Shown: positions 12,132-25,379, counted from the first letter of the stretch. The stretch is DNA of 64,000 bases from Octopus bimaculoides (GCF_001194135.2 NC_069003.1:28419639-28483638), one strand, 5' to 3'. Program-made: numbers and translations. The notes: generated by a model not told the origin, from the sequence alone.

Positions 12132-13339
12132 GCATATTTAATAGCAATCTGTTTGCCACATGATGTATGTATGTGTGCATATGTGCGTGTGTTTATACAT
12201 ACATATATATATATATGTATAAATATATACGTATGTATATATACATATATATGTATATGTAATGTATGTATATATATACATATAATGTTTTATTTATATG
12301 CATATATATGTGTGTATGTGTATGTGTGTGTGTGTGTGTGTGCGTGTATATGTATATATGTATATAATAGGTTGTTCTCCGCCTTAAGTCATTACAAAGT
12401 CAATCTCTTCTCCAGAGTTTAGTGTATATCCGTTTACCAACCGCAGTGAAATAAAATACTTTAACTCTGTTCCCTCTTAAGGCGTTATCTTACACTGAGA
12501 ATACTTACTAAAACATAGCAAAGTGACAAATTAAATGACATGTGAGCCACTGAGCGAACCCCTATGAGGTTGATCAACAAAACGAAATAGCTGCCAATCC
12601 TCTATGTAGACTTAAGTAAAAGCAAAAACACCTTCGATATTGCAGTTCTAGATATAACGTTTCTGATAATCAAAAGATGATATAGTCATAGTTGAAATAC
12701 CTTTCATCATAGGTCTTTTGAATCAGGTATGTCCTAGAATAAAAGACTGAAAGCAACATGCTTTGAGCTAAGTGTCTTAAGAGACAAATCTCAATCGTGT
12801 GGGAGATGGAATTTCAAATATCTAATCTACATTTTCCGCCAACTTATAATCTTAGATATCAAACTGAGGATTTGCAGTATAAGCACGAAGCCACACAATT
12901 TTAGAGAGAGAATATTTGATTAAAAGCACTCCTGTAATTTACTGGAACTTATTTTGTAAACCTCAGAAGCATTGAGTCAATGAAGAAGTCTTCCATATAC
13001 AGTGGTTTTTTCCCAGCGGCACCTATAAATGCCATCAGAGAGCGTTAAAAATGGTTTTACATGAAATAAATGTAGAACAACAATTGTAACGCAGCACCTT
13101 GAAATAGTTGACCTTGTACAAGTCCGCTGTGGTCAGCACCAGAATCATGGGATATATAGGAATAGACTGGACAGCAAAGTATGACAGTCTGTAAATATGA
13201 TTAGACTGTTACACGGCAATCCAAATGAGTTATCATTGCATGCCAGAGTGTACAGCAAGATGGTGTAACTGGAATATGTGGTATGTAGGCCACTCCCAGT
13301 CATTCGGCCATCTAACTGTTTGCATGTCATGGTTAATCC

Positions 13340-13545
13340 ACATTACTTCGTAAGGACCACAGGGCATATTTCCCGGTTTCTATGGCGTATACTGATATAC
13401 TCTTTCTTGGAAGGGATTTTTCATTTTGACCAGATGTGTGAACTGAGGCAACGTGAAATGAAATGTTTTACTTTACTCAAGAACACAACGTATCGCCCGG
13501 TCCAGGAATCGAAACTATAATCTTACGACACGAATCCAACATCTT
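13340..13545 (-). mobile_element. SINE family C (tRNA head) copy
   Basis: cccggtttctatggcgtata...gcaacgtgaaatgaaatg...tcaagaacacaacg..cgcccggtccaggaatcgaaac...ttaaccactaagcc; the B-box-like GTTTCGATTCC lies on the minus strand. Confidence 0.7.
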
Positions 13546-14232
13546 AACCACTAAGCCATGCATGTCGTAGGATCACTCAATCAGAACTGACAGGAGTTAC
13601 ACAACAACAACATCAACATCGGAAAGATAACTGTCAACGGGATTTCAACGCGATTTGAACACAAAATGTAAAGGAACACAAGTGAGTACCGAACCGCGAG
13701 GAGTTTATCCGACGCTCTACTAATTCTTCCAACACGCTGCTATTAAAGATAAAGTTTGTATAAAATAATTAGGCTCCTTTTTTCTAGTTATTTTTTTGAG
13801 TTAACAGTATTTGCGTTGCAAAACAATTTCATTTTTCAATTCCAAGGAAAGAAAAAAATCATGTCTGCAAGTGGGTGGAGACAATTATTTTCTCATCTTA
13901 TACTTTCTTTCCTTCCTTGAGAATTTTTTGCTGTATGAATTGTATTGAAGTTGTTTCGTTTTAATGAGAAATCTTAAGGATTCCATTTCTTTACTTTTTT
14001 GTTATAGCTCTAGAACAAACACAATCAGAATTTGTTTTTCTATTGTACGGAAATATGTAGAAGCTAGCTAGTTTAGTTAACAGTCAACTATCTTTATGCA
14101 TTTATGCCAAAAAATCAGGGTCACGTACTTTTAAACAAAACTGTTAATATAATGATTACTTAGCGACGGGCGAAATACCGCTAAGCATTTCGTCCAGCGT
14201 GCTAACGATTCAGCCATCTCGCCGCCTCATAT

Positions 14233-14233
14233 A

Positions 14234-14297
<64 letters not shown>

Positions 14298-14415
14298 CGA
14301 TGATGATGATAAAATAATAATAATAATAATAATAATAATGTTGATGATGATGATGACGATGATAATAATAATAATGATATAAATAATAATAATAATGTTG
14401 ATGAGGATGATGACG

Positions 14416-14454
<39 letters not shown>
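14233..14454. repeat. Compound (AAT)n/(GAT)n microsatellite adjoining a SINE B head remnant (14170-14230)
   Basis: Directly visible. Confidence 0.95.
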
Positions 14455-14458
<4 letters not shown>

Positions 14459-15629
14459 CACTAGTTCTATACTTGTCGCTTTACTGAAAATAAGATGGTA
14501 AAATTTTATATTTTGTTTGTCCATTTAAAATGCCACATTGAATTTATTCAGTTTAAATACATAGAGTCCTTGAAAAAATTAGAAAGTTATTAATTTTATT
14601 TCTATTTTCATTTTTAGAAAAATAACTGCTTTATGAAGTGTTTTTTAAGTAACTAAATTATTGAAATTTATGTTGTATTCTTAATAAAGATTTCATAAAT
14701 AATCCTGAATATTGTTTTTAAAAAATGGTTATCCCCAAAATACTTCGTTTCCTACTTTGAACACTCAATTTAGATATTGTCCATTATTTTTAATTAGATG
14801 ACTTCTCCATAAACAACGTTTGTAACCAATCAAGGTCCTGTTTTCCTCACTATGATGTATCACCCTGCTTGATTTGAAGGAGACTTGGCTGCTATCACTT
14901 GCTAGTTAAGTAAGCACATTGTAGCTCTAACATTTGCGAATATGTGTCTATGTTAATAATATTTGTGACAGACGATGAATGTCAAAGAGAATTTTATATT
15001 TATATAGATTTTGTTCAGAATATGAACGGAGCATTCAGTAAAATATCATAAACAAAATTTCCTGAAACGTAAACAAAATGGTAAACAAATTATTTTTATT
15101 CTCGATAAGGAACGCTTTATGCATTTGATTTTTCAAAAGATTTTCCAATTGTCGTATATCAACAAATATTTAAGTGGAAAATAATAGATTTACATTACAA
15201 ACAACAGAATTTATTGTCAGCTTTCGTGAAGTAGTTTCTTCATATACAAATAACTGGTAGATTTAAGTAAGGGAAAAAACTATATTTAATAATTCGAAAT
15301 AGATTTATAACAGAATTATCTATTTTACTGACTGAATGTTTTAGTAAATGTATTGTTATTTTTATTACTTCTCTTTTTCTTCTTCCATCATTCCCCTGTT
15401 TATCATTTTTCTTTTATCGCACAGTCTATTGTATTTGCAAGTAAAATATTCATGGCCATATTTGTGCCATGTTCGGAGAGAATAAACTTTGACCAAAAAT
15501 ATTACATAAATTTTATTTTTCCTTATGTTGCAAGATGGAATTCCATGGATAAATTCAATAAGTCTAGTCTGTCTTTGTTGTAATCTATTTGTTTGTTGTT
15601 ATTGTTGTTGCTGTCGTCATCATTGTTTT

Positions 15630-15748
15630 CTTCTTCTTCTTCTTCTTCTTCTTCTTCTTCTTCTTCTTCTTCTTCTTCTTCTTCTTCTTCTTCTTCTTCT
15701 TCTTCTTCTTCTTCTTCTTCTTCTTCTTCTTCTTCTTCTTCTTCTTCC
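15630..15748. repeat. Pure (CTT)n microsatellite
   Basis: Directly visible; it produces the poly-L, poly-F and poly-S ORFs. Confidence 0.98.
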
Positions 15749-16204
15749 TTCCATCACTGTCATTCTACCTCTCTATTCCTGTCTGTCTGTCTCACCCTCT
15801 TTCTCCCACTCTCTCTATATAAATGCATTTATTATCTTTTACTGTTATATATATATATATATATNNNNNNNNNNNNNNNNNNNNNNNNNNNNNNNNNNNN
15901 NNNNNNNNNNNNNNNNNNNNNNNNNNNNNNNNNNNNNNNNNNNNNNNNNNNNNNNNNNNNNNNNNNNNNNNNNNNNNNNNNNNNNNNNNNNNNNNNNNNN
16001 NNNNNNNNNNNNNNNNNNNNNNNNNNNNNNNNNNNNNNNNNNNNNNNNNNNNNNNNNNGGTCTCATGTAATGTAAACAAAGGAGAAATTTCGACTGATTA
16101 AAATTTTCCTTGTAATTAAAGAAAAAAAAATTCTGACGCTATATTATAAAAAAAAAGTAATAAAAGGACACAAAAACAAAAATGCAGATAATAGCTGAAC
16201 TGAT

Positions 16205-16462
16205 ATGTTACGGGGACGTAAACACATCAGCACCGGTTGTCAGGTGGTTGTGAAGGACAAACACAGAAACAAAGACACACACACACACACACATATTTTT
16301 AAGCACGGGCTTCTTTCAGTTTCCATCTACCAAGTCCACTCACAAGGCTTTGGTCGGTCCGAGTCTACAGTAGTGGACATTTGCCCAAGTGGCGACGCAG
16401 TGGGGTTGAACCCGGAAACAAGTGGTTTGGAAGCAAAGTTCTTACCACACAGCCACGCCTGC
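16205..16462 (-). mobile_element. tRNA-SINE family A, head and middle
   Basis: ttacggggacgtaaacac...cgggcttctttcagtttcc.tctaccaa.tccactcacaaggctttggtcgg...ttgaacccggaa...ttaccacacagccacgcctgcc. Confidence 0.9.
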
Positions 16463-16962
16463 CACTATATGTAAATTTATATGTTAAATACGCATGCACA
16501 CACATATATAGATATACAAACACATATGTAATATCCTTCGTGAAACGTTGAAATTTTTATAAGACCGGTTTTTAAGCAGTTTTCTGGTATATGCATTAGT
16601 TGTGAGAAATATGAAAGACAATTTGTTTGATGAAATGCAGCTGTATATTTTATGAAAACCAAATTAAAACTGAAGTAAAAATTGTAAGGTGGGAGCTAAC
16701 ATTGTGAATGTACAGTAACCTGACTGAACATATGCCGAGCAGATGTGTTAATAAGTAATAACGTCGAGAGAAGATTCTATGGCATTCGGATTAGGTTTAG
16801 GTTCCAACTACTTCTTGATCATCATTAAAAGTTTGAGGAGCACCTGCATCGTAACCCAGATTTAGTCACGGTGTTAAAAAAATTCTTTAAATTACATATG
16901 TACTCACAATTGTTTGTACACACATATACGATCTTACGTGCATCTATACAAGACCACACACA

Positions 16963-17041
16963 GGCATATATACTAATTTCACACACAGGCATGTATAATA
17001 ATTTCACACACAGGCATCTATACTAATTTCACACACAGGCA
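16963..17041. repeat. 25-bp minisatellite, three copies
   Basis: Unit ggcatntatactaatttcacacaca repeated three times. Confidence 0.85.
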
Positions 17042-17244
17042 CATACATACACGCGCGCACAGACACACACATACAAACACGCGCATACACACACTCGCGC
17101 GCACACACAAGCACACGTTTGTACACACGCACACATACACACCAACACATATGAAGCAGAGTATGTGCCAACGCGTTGGTGTATATTTCTTCATCTACGA
17201 AATGAAAGTTCGAAATTTAGGAGCGTAACTATATATATTCACGC

Positions 17245-17402
17245 AGGAGTTGCTGTGCAATAAAAAAAGTATGATTCTCAGCCGCATAGTTCCAAGTTCA
17301 GTCCCACTGTGGAGCACCTTGAGCAAATGTCTTCTACTATAGCCTCGGGTCAACCAAAGCTTTGAGACTGCATTTGGTTGACAGAAACTGAAAGAAGCCG
17401 GA

Positions 17403-17483
<81 letters not shown>

Positions 17484-17640
17484 AATGTGTGTGTGTGTAT
17501 GTTTGTGTGTCCCACCACCTCTTGTCAACTGGTGTTGGTTTGTTTATGTCTCTGTTAGCTAGTAGTTCGGCAACGAAAAACCCTTATAGAATAAGTACCG
17601 GTCGATTCATTCGATTAAATGTTTTCAAGGCGATGCCTGA
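17245..17640 (+). mobile_element. tRNA-SINE family A with expanded internal (CT)n(AT)n
   Basis: Head gcaggagttgctgtgc...agttcagtcccactgtggagcaccttgagcaa...gaaactgaaagaagcc, then microsatellite, then tail tgtcccacc...ttcggcaac...agaataagtacc. Confidence 0.85.
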
Positions 17641-18305
17641 AAGATATGAAAGATGATGACCGAAAGATATGAAAGAAAAAAAATAAAACAATGCATATAT
17701 ATATATATATATATATAAATTTTGTGACGGAGTAGGCATACATATATATATGTATATGTTCAATTCACAAGGGAAGATCCAGAGGAACAGTTACAAGGTA
17801 ACCTATTGATGAACACTTGTTTATATCCTCCCTGATGAAATTGAAGCATTTTTTTCCACATTATTCTTCCTTTCGGATTTATTTTAATGCATCTATCGAA
17901 AAATATTTCGGTGAATTGGTGATATAAAGGATTTAAACAACATCTTGTGGGTTTGTCTCCATTTCCCATTATTCTTATATATATATATATATATGTATGT
18001 ACATGTTTGTATATATATATGTATATATGTAATGAGTGAACGAACGAAAGTGGCTTTCAACGCATTTCGTAGAAATTACATATCTTATTACACAATTGTT
18101 GGACTTCCCTCCATATGACTGAAATTTTCGTAGTCAAGTAGGAAGGATCAGTGTCACCAGATATCAGAAAAGTAAGATGTAAGAGGGAAATTGAGTGGGA
18201 CGCGTCCTACGCGCCCTTGAAACTTTAAGTCATGTGGAGATGAATGAGGCTGTTATTGATATACGTGTGCGTACATGCGTGCGCGCGCTCATGCGTGTGC
18301 GTGCG

Positions 18306-18336
<31 letters not shown>

Positions 18337-18696
18337 GTGTGTGTATGTGTGTGTTTGTGCGGGTGCGTGCTGAAAGACTCGAAGCCCACTAGAATGCCAG
18401 AAACATCACTCATGATACATTATATATANNNNNNNNNNTCGGGAGAATAATGAAATTTAAACACGCCGTCTAGATTATGCAGGTCTCAACTTCTAGTAGC
18501 TGAGATACCAGTTTTCTACATTAATAACTCTCCAACCCATGCCAGTATGGAACATAGACGTTAAGTGAAATGTTAAGAGAAAGTCTTCAACTCATATATG
18601 TATATAAAGTAAATACATGTGATTAAAAATCACGTTTTGTGTAGCTTAATTTGTAACCAAAAAACAGGTGCAGATTATAAGCAATGAAAGGCCGAT

Positions 18697-19230
18697 TTTG
18701 CTAATTCATTTAACAGAAGTAAAAGAGCCAATCTGATGATAAATCTGATCTTGGATCTTGAAAGTTTGCATGAATTTTGGCTCAGCTAGATCTCTTGTGG
18801 CTCCAAATGATGCTATCTGTAGTGCAGCGTTTTATTGTCTAACTTTAGTTTGGAAGTGCTTGGAATCTTGGTCAGTTGATGACAACAGTTTCTTCAATGG
18901 CTCTGGAAATTGGGGGATTGCAGGGAGTTTAACATTTCCACCACTGCAGCACAGTGCAGGTGTCTCTCCAGGCCACTTCCTTGCATTACAATGCATGCAC
19001 TCAGTTGTCATTGCATTAATGGAAACTCTAGTGTCATCTGCATAATGAACTGCTGGATCATAATTGAAAGCTGCTTCATAGAAGTTGATTCTCTGAGTTG
19101 TTGAAACTGCTCTTCGTTCTGCAGTGGAGATCCTATTCCTTGTCTGTTGTGCATACCTCTGTTCATCAGTTTGAGATGCTCTGGCTTTTGTAGTGCACAT
19201 CCTTCCACCCATATGCACACAGACACGCAC
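18697..19230 (-). mobile_element. Helitron Rep/helicase N-terminal fragment (pseudogene)
   Basis: AFNYDPAVHY...INAMTTECMHCNARKWPGETPALCCSGGNVKLPAIPQFPEPLKKLL...SKHF; reading through one TAA continues NAALQIASFGATR...FMQTFKIQDQIYHQIGS. This is the Cys-rich and YN.AF..TSFG/QGQ.YH.IGS region typical of animal Helitrons. Confidence 0.88.
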
Positions 19231-19355
19231 GCACATACACACACACATCAGTCTGTGTGCATATCTCTATATCGAAGTTGATGATGTAATTCTGTGTGGA
19301 TTATGAAACAGCTGTTACCTCTACGGAAGTATTGAAACTGTGTTTTGCTTCTTAC

Positions 19356-19529
19356 CTCTCCTTGTTTCGTTTGTTTATTACAAAATGTTACCGCTTGTAT
19401 ATTCCGAATTTTCGGTTCCATGAGCCACTTAAATGTTATTGGAATTAATGATAGTGGTTTGATAACCAGGCCATCGCTTGGAGTTCTTACGTTGTTTCCC
19501 GATCGGTCCGCTGAATTCATTTCTTATAT
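19356..19529 (-). other. Candidate 174-nt spliced exon of unknown transcript
   Basis: Long polypyrimidine tract plus tttgtttcag acceptor and GAG|gtaag donor in non-repetitive sequence; every frame has a stop unless translation starts at the internal ATG (19520). Confidence 0.3.
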
Positions 19530-19565
19530 CTGAAACAAATAAAATAAAAGTAAAAAAAGAAAAAA

Positions 19566-19765
19566 CACATACATTGCAAATCCTGTACCCATGAAGCACT
19601 TTCAGCTTCATAGCTATTATTATTGGAGCCACAGGATACATACCAACTCGTCTGGAGGAAAATATGTCTGAATTTGAGAAGGCAAATCCATGATTCATAC
19701 ACTAAAAATGACCACGATATCTGGGACTATAGACTATAGAAATCTGTAAGATTTTAGGGCTTAAA
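19566..19765 (+). mobile_element. RLE-type non-LTR retrotransposon 3' coding end (decayed)
   Basis: LQILYP*STFSFIAIIIGATGYIPTRLEEN...ICKILG matches the RLE terminal PIIIGALG.IP motif; short gaa tail. Confidence 0.55.
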
Positions 19766-20779
19766 GAATGAAGAAGAAAATATAATACTTTGTCTCACAA
19801 CCTTACTACCAAATAGATGACTGGTCAAAATTTACTCTAAATTAAAAAGAGAAAGAGAGCATATACATATAGATTCACTCGCGCGCGCGCACTCACACTC
19901 GAACATACAGACACACTCATATACACCAACACACATATACATGTGTATATGTGTGTTTGTGTGTATTTTCTTCAATATTTATTTCATCCTCTCACTTTTC
20001 CTGGTTTAAAAAATACTATTGTTTAAAAAATACTATTGTTTGACTTAGTATTTCACTTAATTTCGCGTTATGTACACAGCGTGTTCCTTTTTACGTACAT
20101 TTTTGTTTCTGCCCCTTACACTCGTTTTCTCATGATTCTCTCTATGTTTTTCTCTCTGCTTCCCTCTTTCTCTTCTTTCTTCTCTTTTATGTTTCTTTGA
20201 TGTTCCTTTAGACTTACTCACTTCCTCCCTAATTAATGGTTCTTTGAGAATTTTCGTTGCAATTGATGTTGCTGGAATCTAAATCTTTATCTCTCTCCCC
20301 AGATTGTTCACTGCAAGCTTTGTCCTTTGACTGCCTGCGCCAGTGACCTTAACATCATAACAGATCTTATCTCGAGGTTTATTGCGACTTCCTTTCTCTT
20401 TAATCCCTTCATTTTGTGCCACTCTGTTGATATGTCAACCTAATTGCTGTCTCACTATGACATTTATAGCCCCTCCCACCAATTGTATCTATAATTGAAT
20501 CTGCCTATGTACAAGTGTATTACATTCATAACAGTTATTATGACATGACTGGCTGGGATATTTTGTTATAATCGCATGAACTTACATAATTCATGTATTA
20601 TTACTAAGGCAATTTTTTGCCAAAAGTTTAAAATTCATAAAAACGTACATTTCAAGGTTAGATTAAAACCAAAATAGAAAAACATTTTTTAAAAGATTAA
20701 TCATCGTAATTAAGCAGTGTTTTGATGATGAAAAATATCCTTGTAAAAGACAGGAATTTTTTGCTTACAAATAGGTAAA

Positions 20780-20925
20780 GGCCTGGCTGTGTAGTAAGAA
20801 GCTTGCTTCTCAACCACATGGTTCCGGAGTCAGTCCTACTGCGTGGCACCTTGGGCAAGTGTTTTCTACTATTGTCTCGGGCCGACCCAAGCTTTATGAG
20901 TGGATCTGGTTGACGGAAAATGAAA
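20780..20925 (+). mobile_element. tRNA-SINE family A head
   Basis: tggctgtgtagtaagaagcttgcttctcaaccacatggttccggagtcagtcc.actgcgtggcaccttgggcaagtg...gggccgacccaagc. Confidence 0.9.
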
Positions 20926-20929
20926 CTAT

Positions 20930-21020
20930 AGTACAGAACACTTGCCCACGATCTCACTAAATACGATTGAACTCGGAACCATGTAGTTGTGAAGCGAACT
21001 TATTACCCACGCGACAATGC
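20930..21020 (-). mobile_element. tRNA-SINE family A head, inverted relative to the previous copy
   Basis: agaacacttgccca...ttgaactcggaaccatgtagttgtgaagcgaacttattaccca. Confidence 0.7.
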
Positions 21021-23179
21021 ATGTGACAATGCTGAGAAGTAAGTTATACTAACATGGCTTCTTTTAATGTAAGAATATATATTTCTCTGCAGTACATACT
21101 CTCCGGAATATTAAACGTTTTCCGTCTCCATTTCATGTTCGGTGTATCAATGATGCACATACGCGCACACACACGCACACACATTGATGCGTGTATGTAA
21201 TATATATTGATATGTGTGTACATATACATATATATATATGCATATATGAATGTGGTTTAAACACATACACATATCTATCATATATATACATACATACATA
21301 TATGTATATATATAAACACCAATGTCTATCTATCTATCTATATATCTCAATATATATGCATATATATATGTGTGGACATATTTGTATTTATGTGTGGTTG
21401 AATGTGCATGTTTATATATGCGTGTACATGTGTGTGTGTGTGTGTGAGTGTGTGCATGTACGTTTTATGTTCTGAAAGAATAAAACATGAAATCTACCTA
21501 AAGCAACATTTGTTGGACGACATCATCTCTTTAAATTCACATAAATAAGTCGATCAATGATACACAGAAGTATTGCAATCTGATATCTTAGAACCAAACT
21601 TCAATAGAATTCTTAAAGTATACGTAACTTATAGATAATGACCAATGAGTATTGCTAAATTTCATGTCTATGAGAGAAGTTTGCTAATGTTGTATGTTAT
21701 AAAATCGTTATTGAAGCAAGTTTTAACAGTATACTGAACGAGTATGCTATTGGAGTACTGGAACTATCCTGTAAATGTGTGCGATATACTTATACTATAG
21801 AGATGATAAATAATGTTTACTGAATACGTATCCCATAGTGAGCTATAAATGCAAAGTATAGATGTATTTTACGTTTGTATATAATAAAGGTATACTGTAG
21901 TTGTATGCTATACAGGTTCCAAATACAAATGTGTTATATATATGTAGAATATATGCTACAGGCGTACATTATAGATGTGCAATATAGACGTATATTGCAG
22001 ATGCATATGAAACATGTTTACAATAGACGTAGTAAGTAGAAGCACGATATATATATATATATATATANNNNNNNNNNNNNNNNNNNNNNNNNNNNNNNNN
22101 NNNNNNNNNNNNNNNNNNNNNNNNNNNNNNNNNNNNNNNNNNNNNNNNNNNNNNNNNNNNNNNNNNNNNNNNNNNNNNNNNNNNNNNNNNNNNNNNNNNN
22201 NNNNNNNNNNNNNNNNNNNNNNNNNNNNNNNNNNNNNNNNNNNNNNNNNNNNNNNNNNNNNNNNNNNNNNNNNNNNNNNNNNNNNNNNNNNNNNNNNNNN
22301 NNNNNNNATATATATATTTGTGAGTGTGTGTGTACTATAAACACATGCTGCTAGTTTTGTAGAAGTATGCTCAGGATGCATACTATAGACCAGTCTTGGC
22401 CAAACTTGCGACCCCTTCACCTTTCTGAATGTCATACCAAATTCGATGAGGAAAATAACGTTTAATTAAAATTTTCTTTATTTCATTTCGTGCCTACTTG
22501 TTTAATTACAATCTCTTCCAAGCAGCAAGGTTTTCGGAAGCTGGTTTCAAAGAGGCAACACTTTTAAAAGTCTATCTAACCTCTATGAGTACTATTTGAT
22601 GCATTGTGTATACACCAGGCAGAAAAATATAATATTCACCATGGTTTGTCATATGTGTTATTTTCAAGGACTCAGAGTCAATTTACAACCATTAGAACGT
22701 TTAAGAGCTTTAAATTGGAATCTTTACTCAGGACACAACAGAGTGAATAAAAATTATTGAAATAAATGTTCAATTCGTTACCACAGCTTAAAATAAACCC
22801 TTTGCGCTAATCCAGCGACCGAAACTACACGTGAGTATCGTGTAGTGGTCTTAGATATGATTGACAACACTTTATTTTTGACGTCTCAGTATGTAAAGTT
22901 AAGCGACACGACATACTCGTGTAGTTACTACCGTTAAATTATCGCAAGTCATTGTAATTGGAGGAAGCAGAAACTGAATATTAAACAGCAGGACTAAATA
23001 CAAGACCTCTCGAAGGACGGATGAGCCCTTTGTGGGCGAACAGCCATCTAGATGAGAAAGGTAGTGGTAAACCCACTGATACCTCTGCCAAGAAAACATT
23101 CTGGGAAAATAAGAACGAAGAAATGCTATGACGTCATCCGGTGGGAGAACTCACGCTTAATCGGGAGGACTTTCGGTGC

Positions 23180-23583
23180 AGTGTCATCAATACGTTGCAA
23201 CGCGTGCGATACATGACGACGATGAATGTTAAGCAGCATTATTATACTATTATACTGTCGTTATACTGTATTCAACTATTATACTGGCGTTAGTCAAAAA
23301 TTTCGGCGTCTCAAGCAGTCATCTTATAAGCAAATACGAGGTTGCCTCGATATCTCTGCGACAGGATAGTCATCCAAAACAGTGGCGATCGATAACCGAA
23401 CGTATGGGGAAGCGTTTGTTAGCTGACATCATCCGTAGACGGGGGTTAATTTCTAAGAAATTAAACCCATTAGACTATTTATTATTGCTGCCGGGAGCTG
23501 GCGCGCTAACCGTCGTAATTCGGATAGGTCGTAAGTCGGATAGGTCGTATGTTGGATAGGTCGTAAGTCGACGTCGATCTGTA
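23180..23583 (-). mobile_element. Tigger/pogo-type terminal fragment with subterminal repeats
   Basis: Ends in ggtcgtaagtcgacgtcgatctg-TA (Tigger-like TIR plus TA); the 16-bp unit ggataggtcgtaagtc occurs three times just inside it. Confidence 0.55.
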
Positions 23584-24000
23584 ATGCATTTTCTGTAGAG
23601 TTGAAAAAAGAAATGAGCATCAAATTTAAGGATTTCAAAGCTACAGAATTTAATTTTTAACCTGTTTGAAAATCCATTTAATGTCGATGTTGAAACAATT
23701 GCAAGAATGGAACTGCGAATGGAAATAGCTGTTTCAGAAATATGAATTTCTTTGGCAAAAATTTAAAGATAAATGTTTATTGCAGTTTTATGAACTCTCC
23801 GTGAAGAAAACCATTCCAAAATAATGTGCTCAGCTAGAATATATGTTATTATGTTTGGTAGTATGTATAAACGGGAACAACTTAGAATAAAAATGATAAA
23901 GCCAAAAACTAGGTCAAGATTGATAGATATTCATCGCCAATGCATTTTATGAGTTGCAACACCATAAATATCAGCAAATATTTAAAAAGAAAGCCCCCCC
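23584..24000 (+). mobile_element. hAT (SPIN/GTF2IRD2-like) transposase C-terminal pseudogene
   Basis: ELKKEMSIKFKDFK...LFENPFNVDVE...MEL...MFGSMYKREQL...K.RSRLID matches the EF..RF.DF, LF..PF..DV, SMFGSTY.CEQ and RSRL.D motifs of the hAT dimerisation region. Confidence 0.75.
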
Positions 24001-24547
24001 CCTCCATCATTGTCAACTTTCTTTATAAAATGTGTGATTAACTTATTTCTATTCCCGTCAATAACAATAAATACTAAATACGTTTCTTGTCTGTATTTTG
24101 TTAGGTAATGTATCATTGTATGTGGTTTAGTCGGGTTTGTCTATTTTGTTAATTCGTTTTCATCGTATTTTGCTTATTATGCTCCGCCCATCGTGCCAGA
24201 CCACGTTAATTTGTTTTTCAATTGTTTTTTTCGTTACTTCCTTGTAATCAGGTTACCATTTTCCCTCAGTAATATTTAAAGTAACTTTTTCAGCATTTTA
24301 AACTATTGGCGATTTTAACTAAGGAAGATCATACGTGTAAACATATTTTGCTTCAGATATAGGAAAAGTTCATAATAATTATTATTCTCTGGAGAAAAAA
24401 TACTCTTTTTGTTTTATATCGTCAAATGAATAAATTGGAATCAATTTAAGAATCACCATGTTTGCTTGTCATACCACGAACTGTACTGCACATCATTACA
24501 TTACAAACCATGCAAAATGCGCAATATTTTTCAATATAATATATATT

Positions 24548-24960
24548 GGCCTAGGAGTAGCTGTGTGGTAAGTAGCTTGCTTACCAACCACATGGTTCCG
24601 GGTCCAGTCTCACTGCGTGGCATCTTGGGCAAGTGTGTTCTACTATAGCCTCGGGCCGACCAAAGCCTTGTGAGTGGATTTGGTAGAAAAAACTTAAAGA
24701 AGCCCGTCGTATATATGTATATATATATCTATATATGTATGTGTGTATGTGTTTGTATGTCTGTTTGTCCCCCCCAACATCGCTTGACAACCAATGCTGG
24801 TGTGTTTATGTCCCCGTAACTTAGCGGTTCGGCAAAAGAGACCGATAGAATAAGTACTAGGCTTCCAAAGAATAAGTCCTGGGGTCGATTTGCTCGACTA
24901 AAGGCGGTGCTCCAGCATGGCCACAGTCAAAAGACTGAAACAAGTAAAAGAGTAAGAGTA
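24548..24960 (+). mobile_element. Full-length tRNA-derived SINE family A
   Basis: Pol III A-box-like gtagctgtgtggt, B-box-like ggtccagtctc, central (TA/TG)n, and a 3' tail ...gtcctggggtcgatttgctcgactaaaggcggtgctccagcatggccacagtcaaaagactgaaacaagtaaaagagtaagag; more than 10 partial copies occur in the window. Confidence 0.93.
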
Positions 24961-25180
24961 TTCTATATAGAAATGCATATTCTATACAAGAATATATGCA
25001 TTATTTGTGTGTATGTGTGCGTTCTTTTGTAGAATACGTGTGTACGTATGCGTGTTTGCATTGTGGAAATCGAAGTGGAAACAATGGGAAAACAGACAAT
25101 TAAACATAAAACACATCTCGTCAGCCATAGAAACCAGAATCCACGTAGTTTCGGACCATGCTGGAAGCCCAAACCACTTC

Positions 25181-25330
25181 AATGTTTTTCTCCTTGTCTC
25201 CGTATTATTTCTGTTGAAGAGCGTAGCTCGAAACGTCAAAGACTTTCCTTATTCCCGAGCGTCATACTAATATATACTTTTGTTATTTACACCACCTGTC
25301 CTCGTCTGTTGTTATTATTTGTATATTCTC

Positions 25331-25379
<49 letters not shown>
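25181..25379 (+). mobile_element. PLE-type terminal-repeat element with HHR-like motif (copy 1; repeated at 25481-25677 across a gap)
   Basis: Nearly identical to 31770-31920; contains CTGTTGAA-GAGC-gta-GCTC-GAAACGTC and ends in (TA)n. Confidence 0.7.

Noticed and set aside
23040-23110. RTE/BovB-like 5' motif (gaaaggtagtggtaaacccactg...ctgccaagaaaa)
   Set aside because: It is too short and diverged to annotate with confidence.
25100-25175. Minus-strand GAAAC...CTGACGAG suggesting a type II hammerhead
   Set aside because: Stems I and II do not pair and position 17 would be G.
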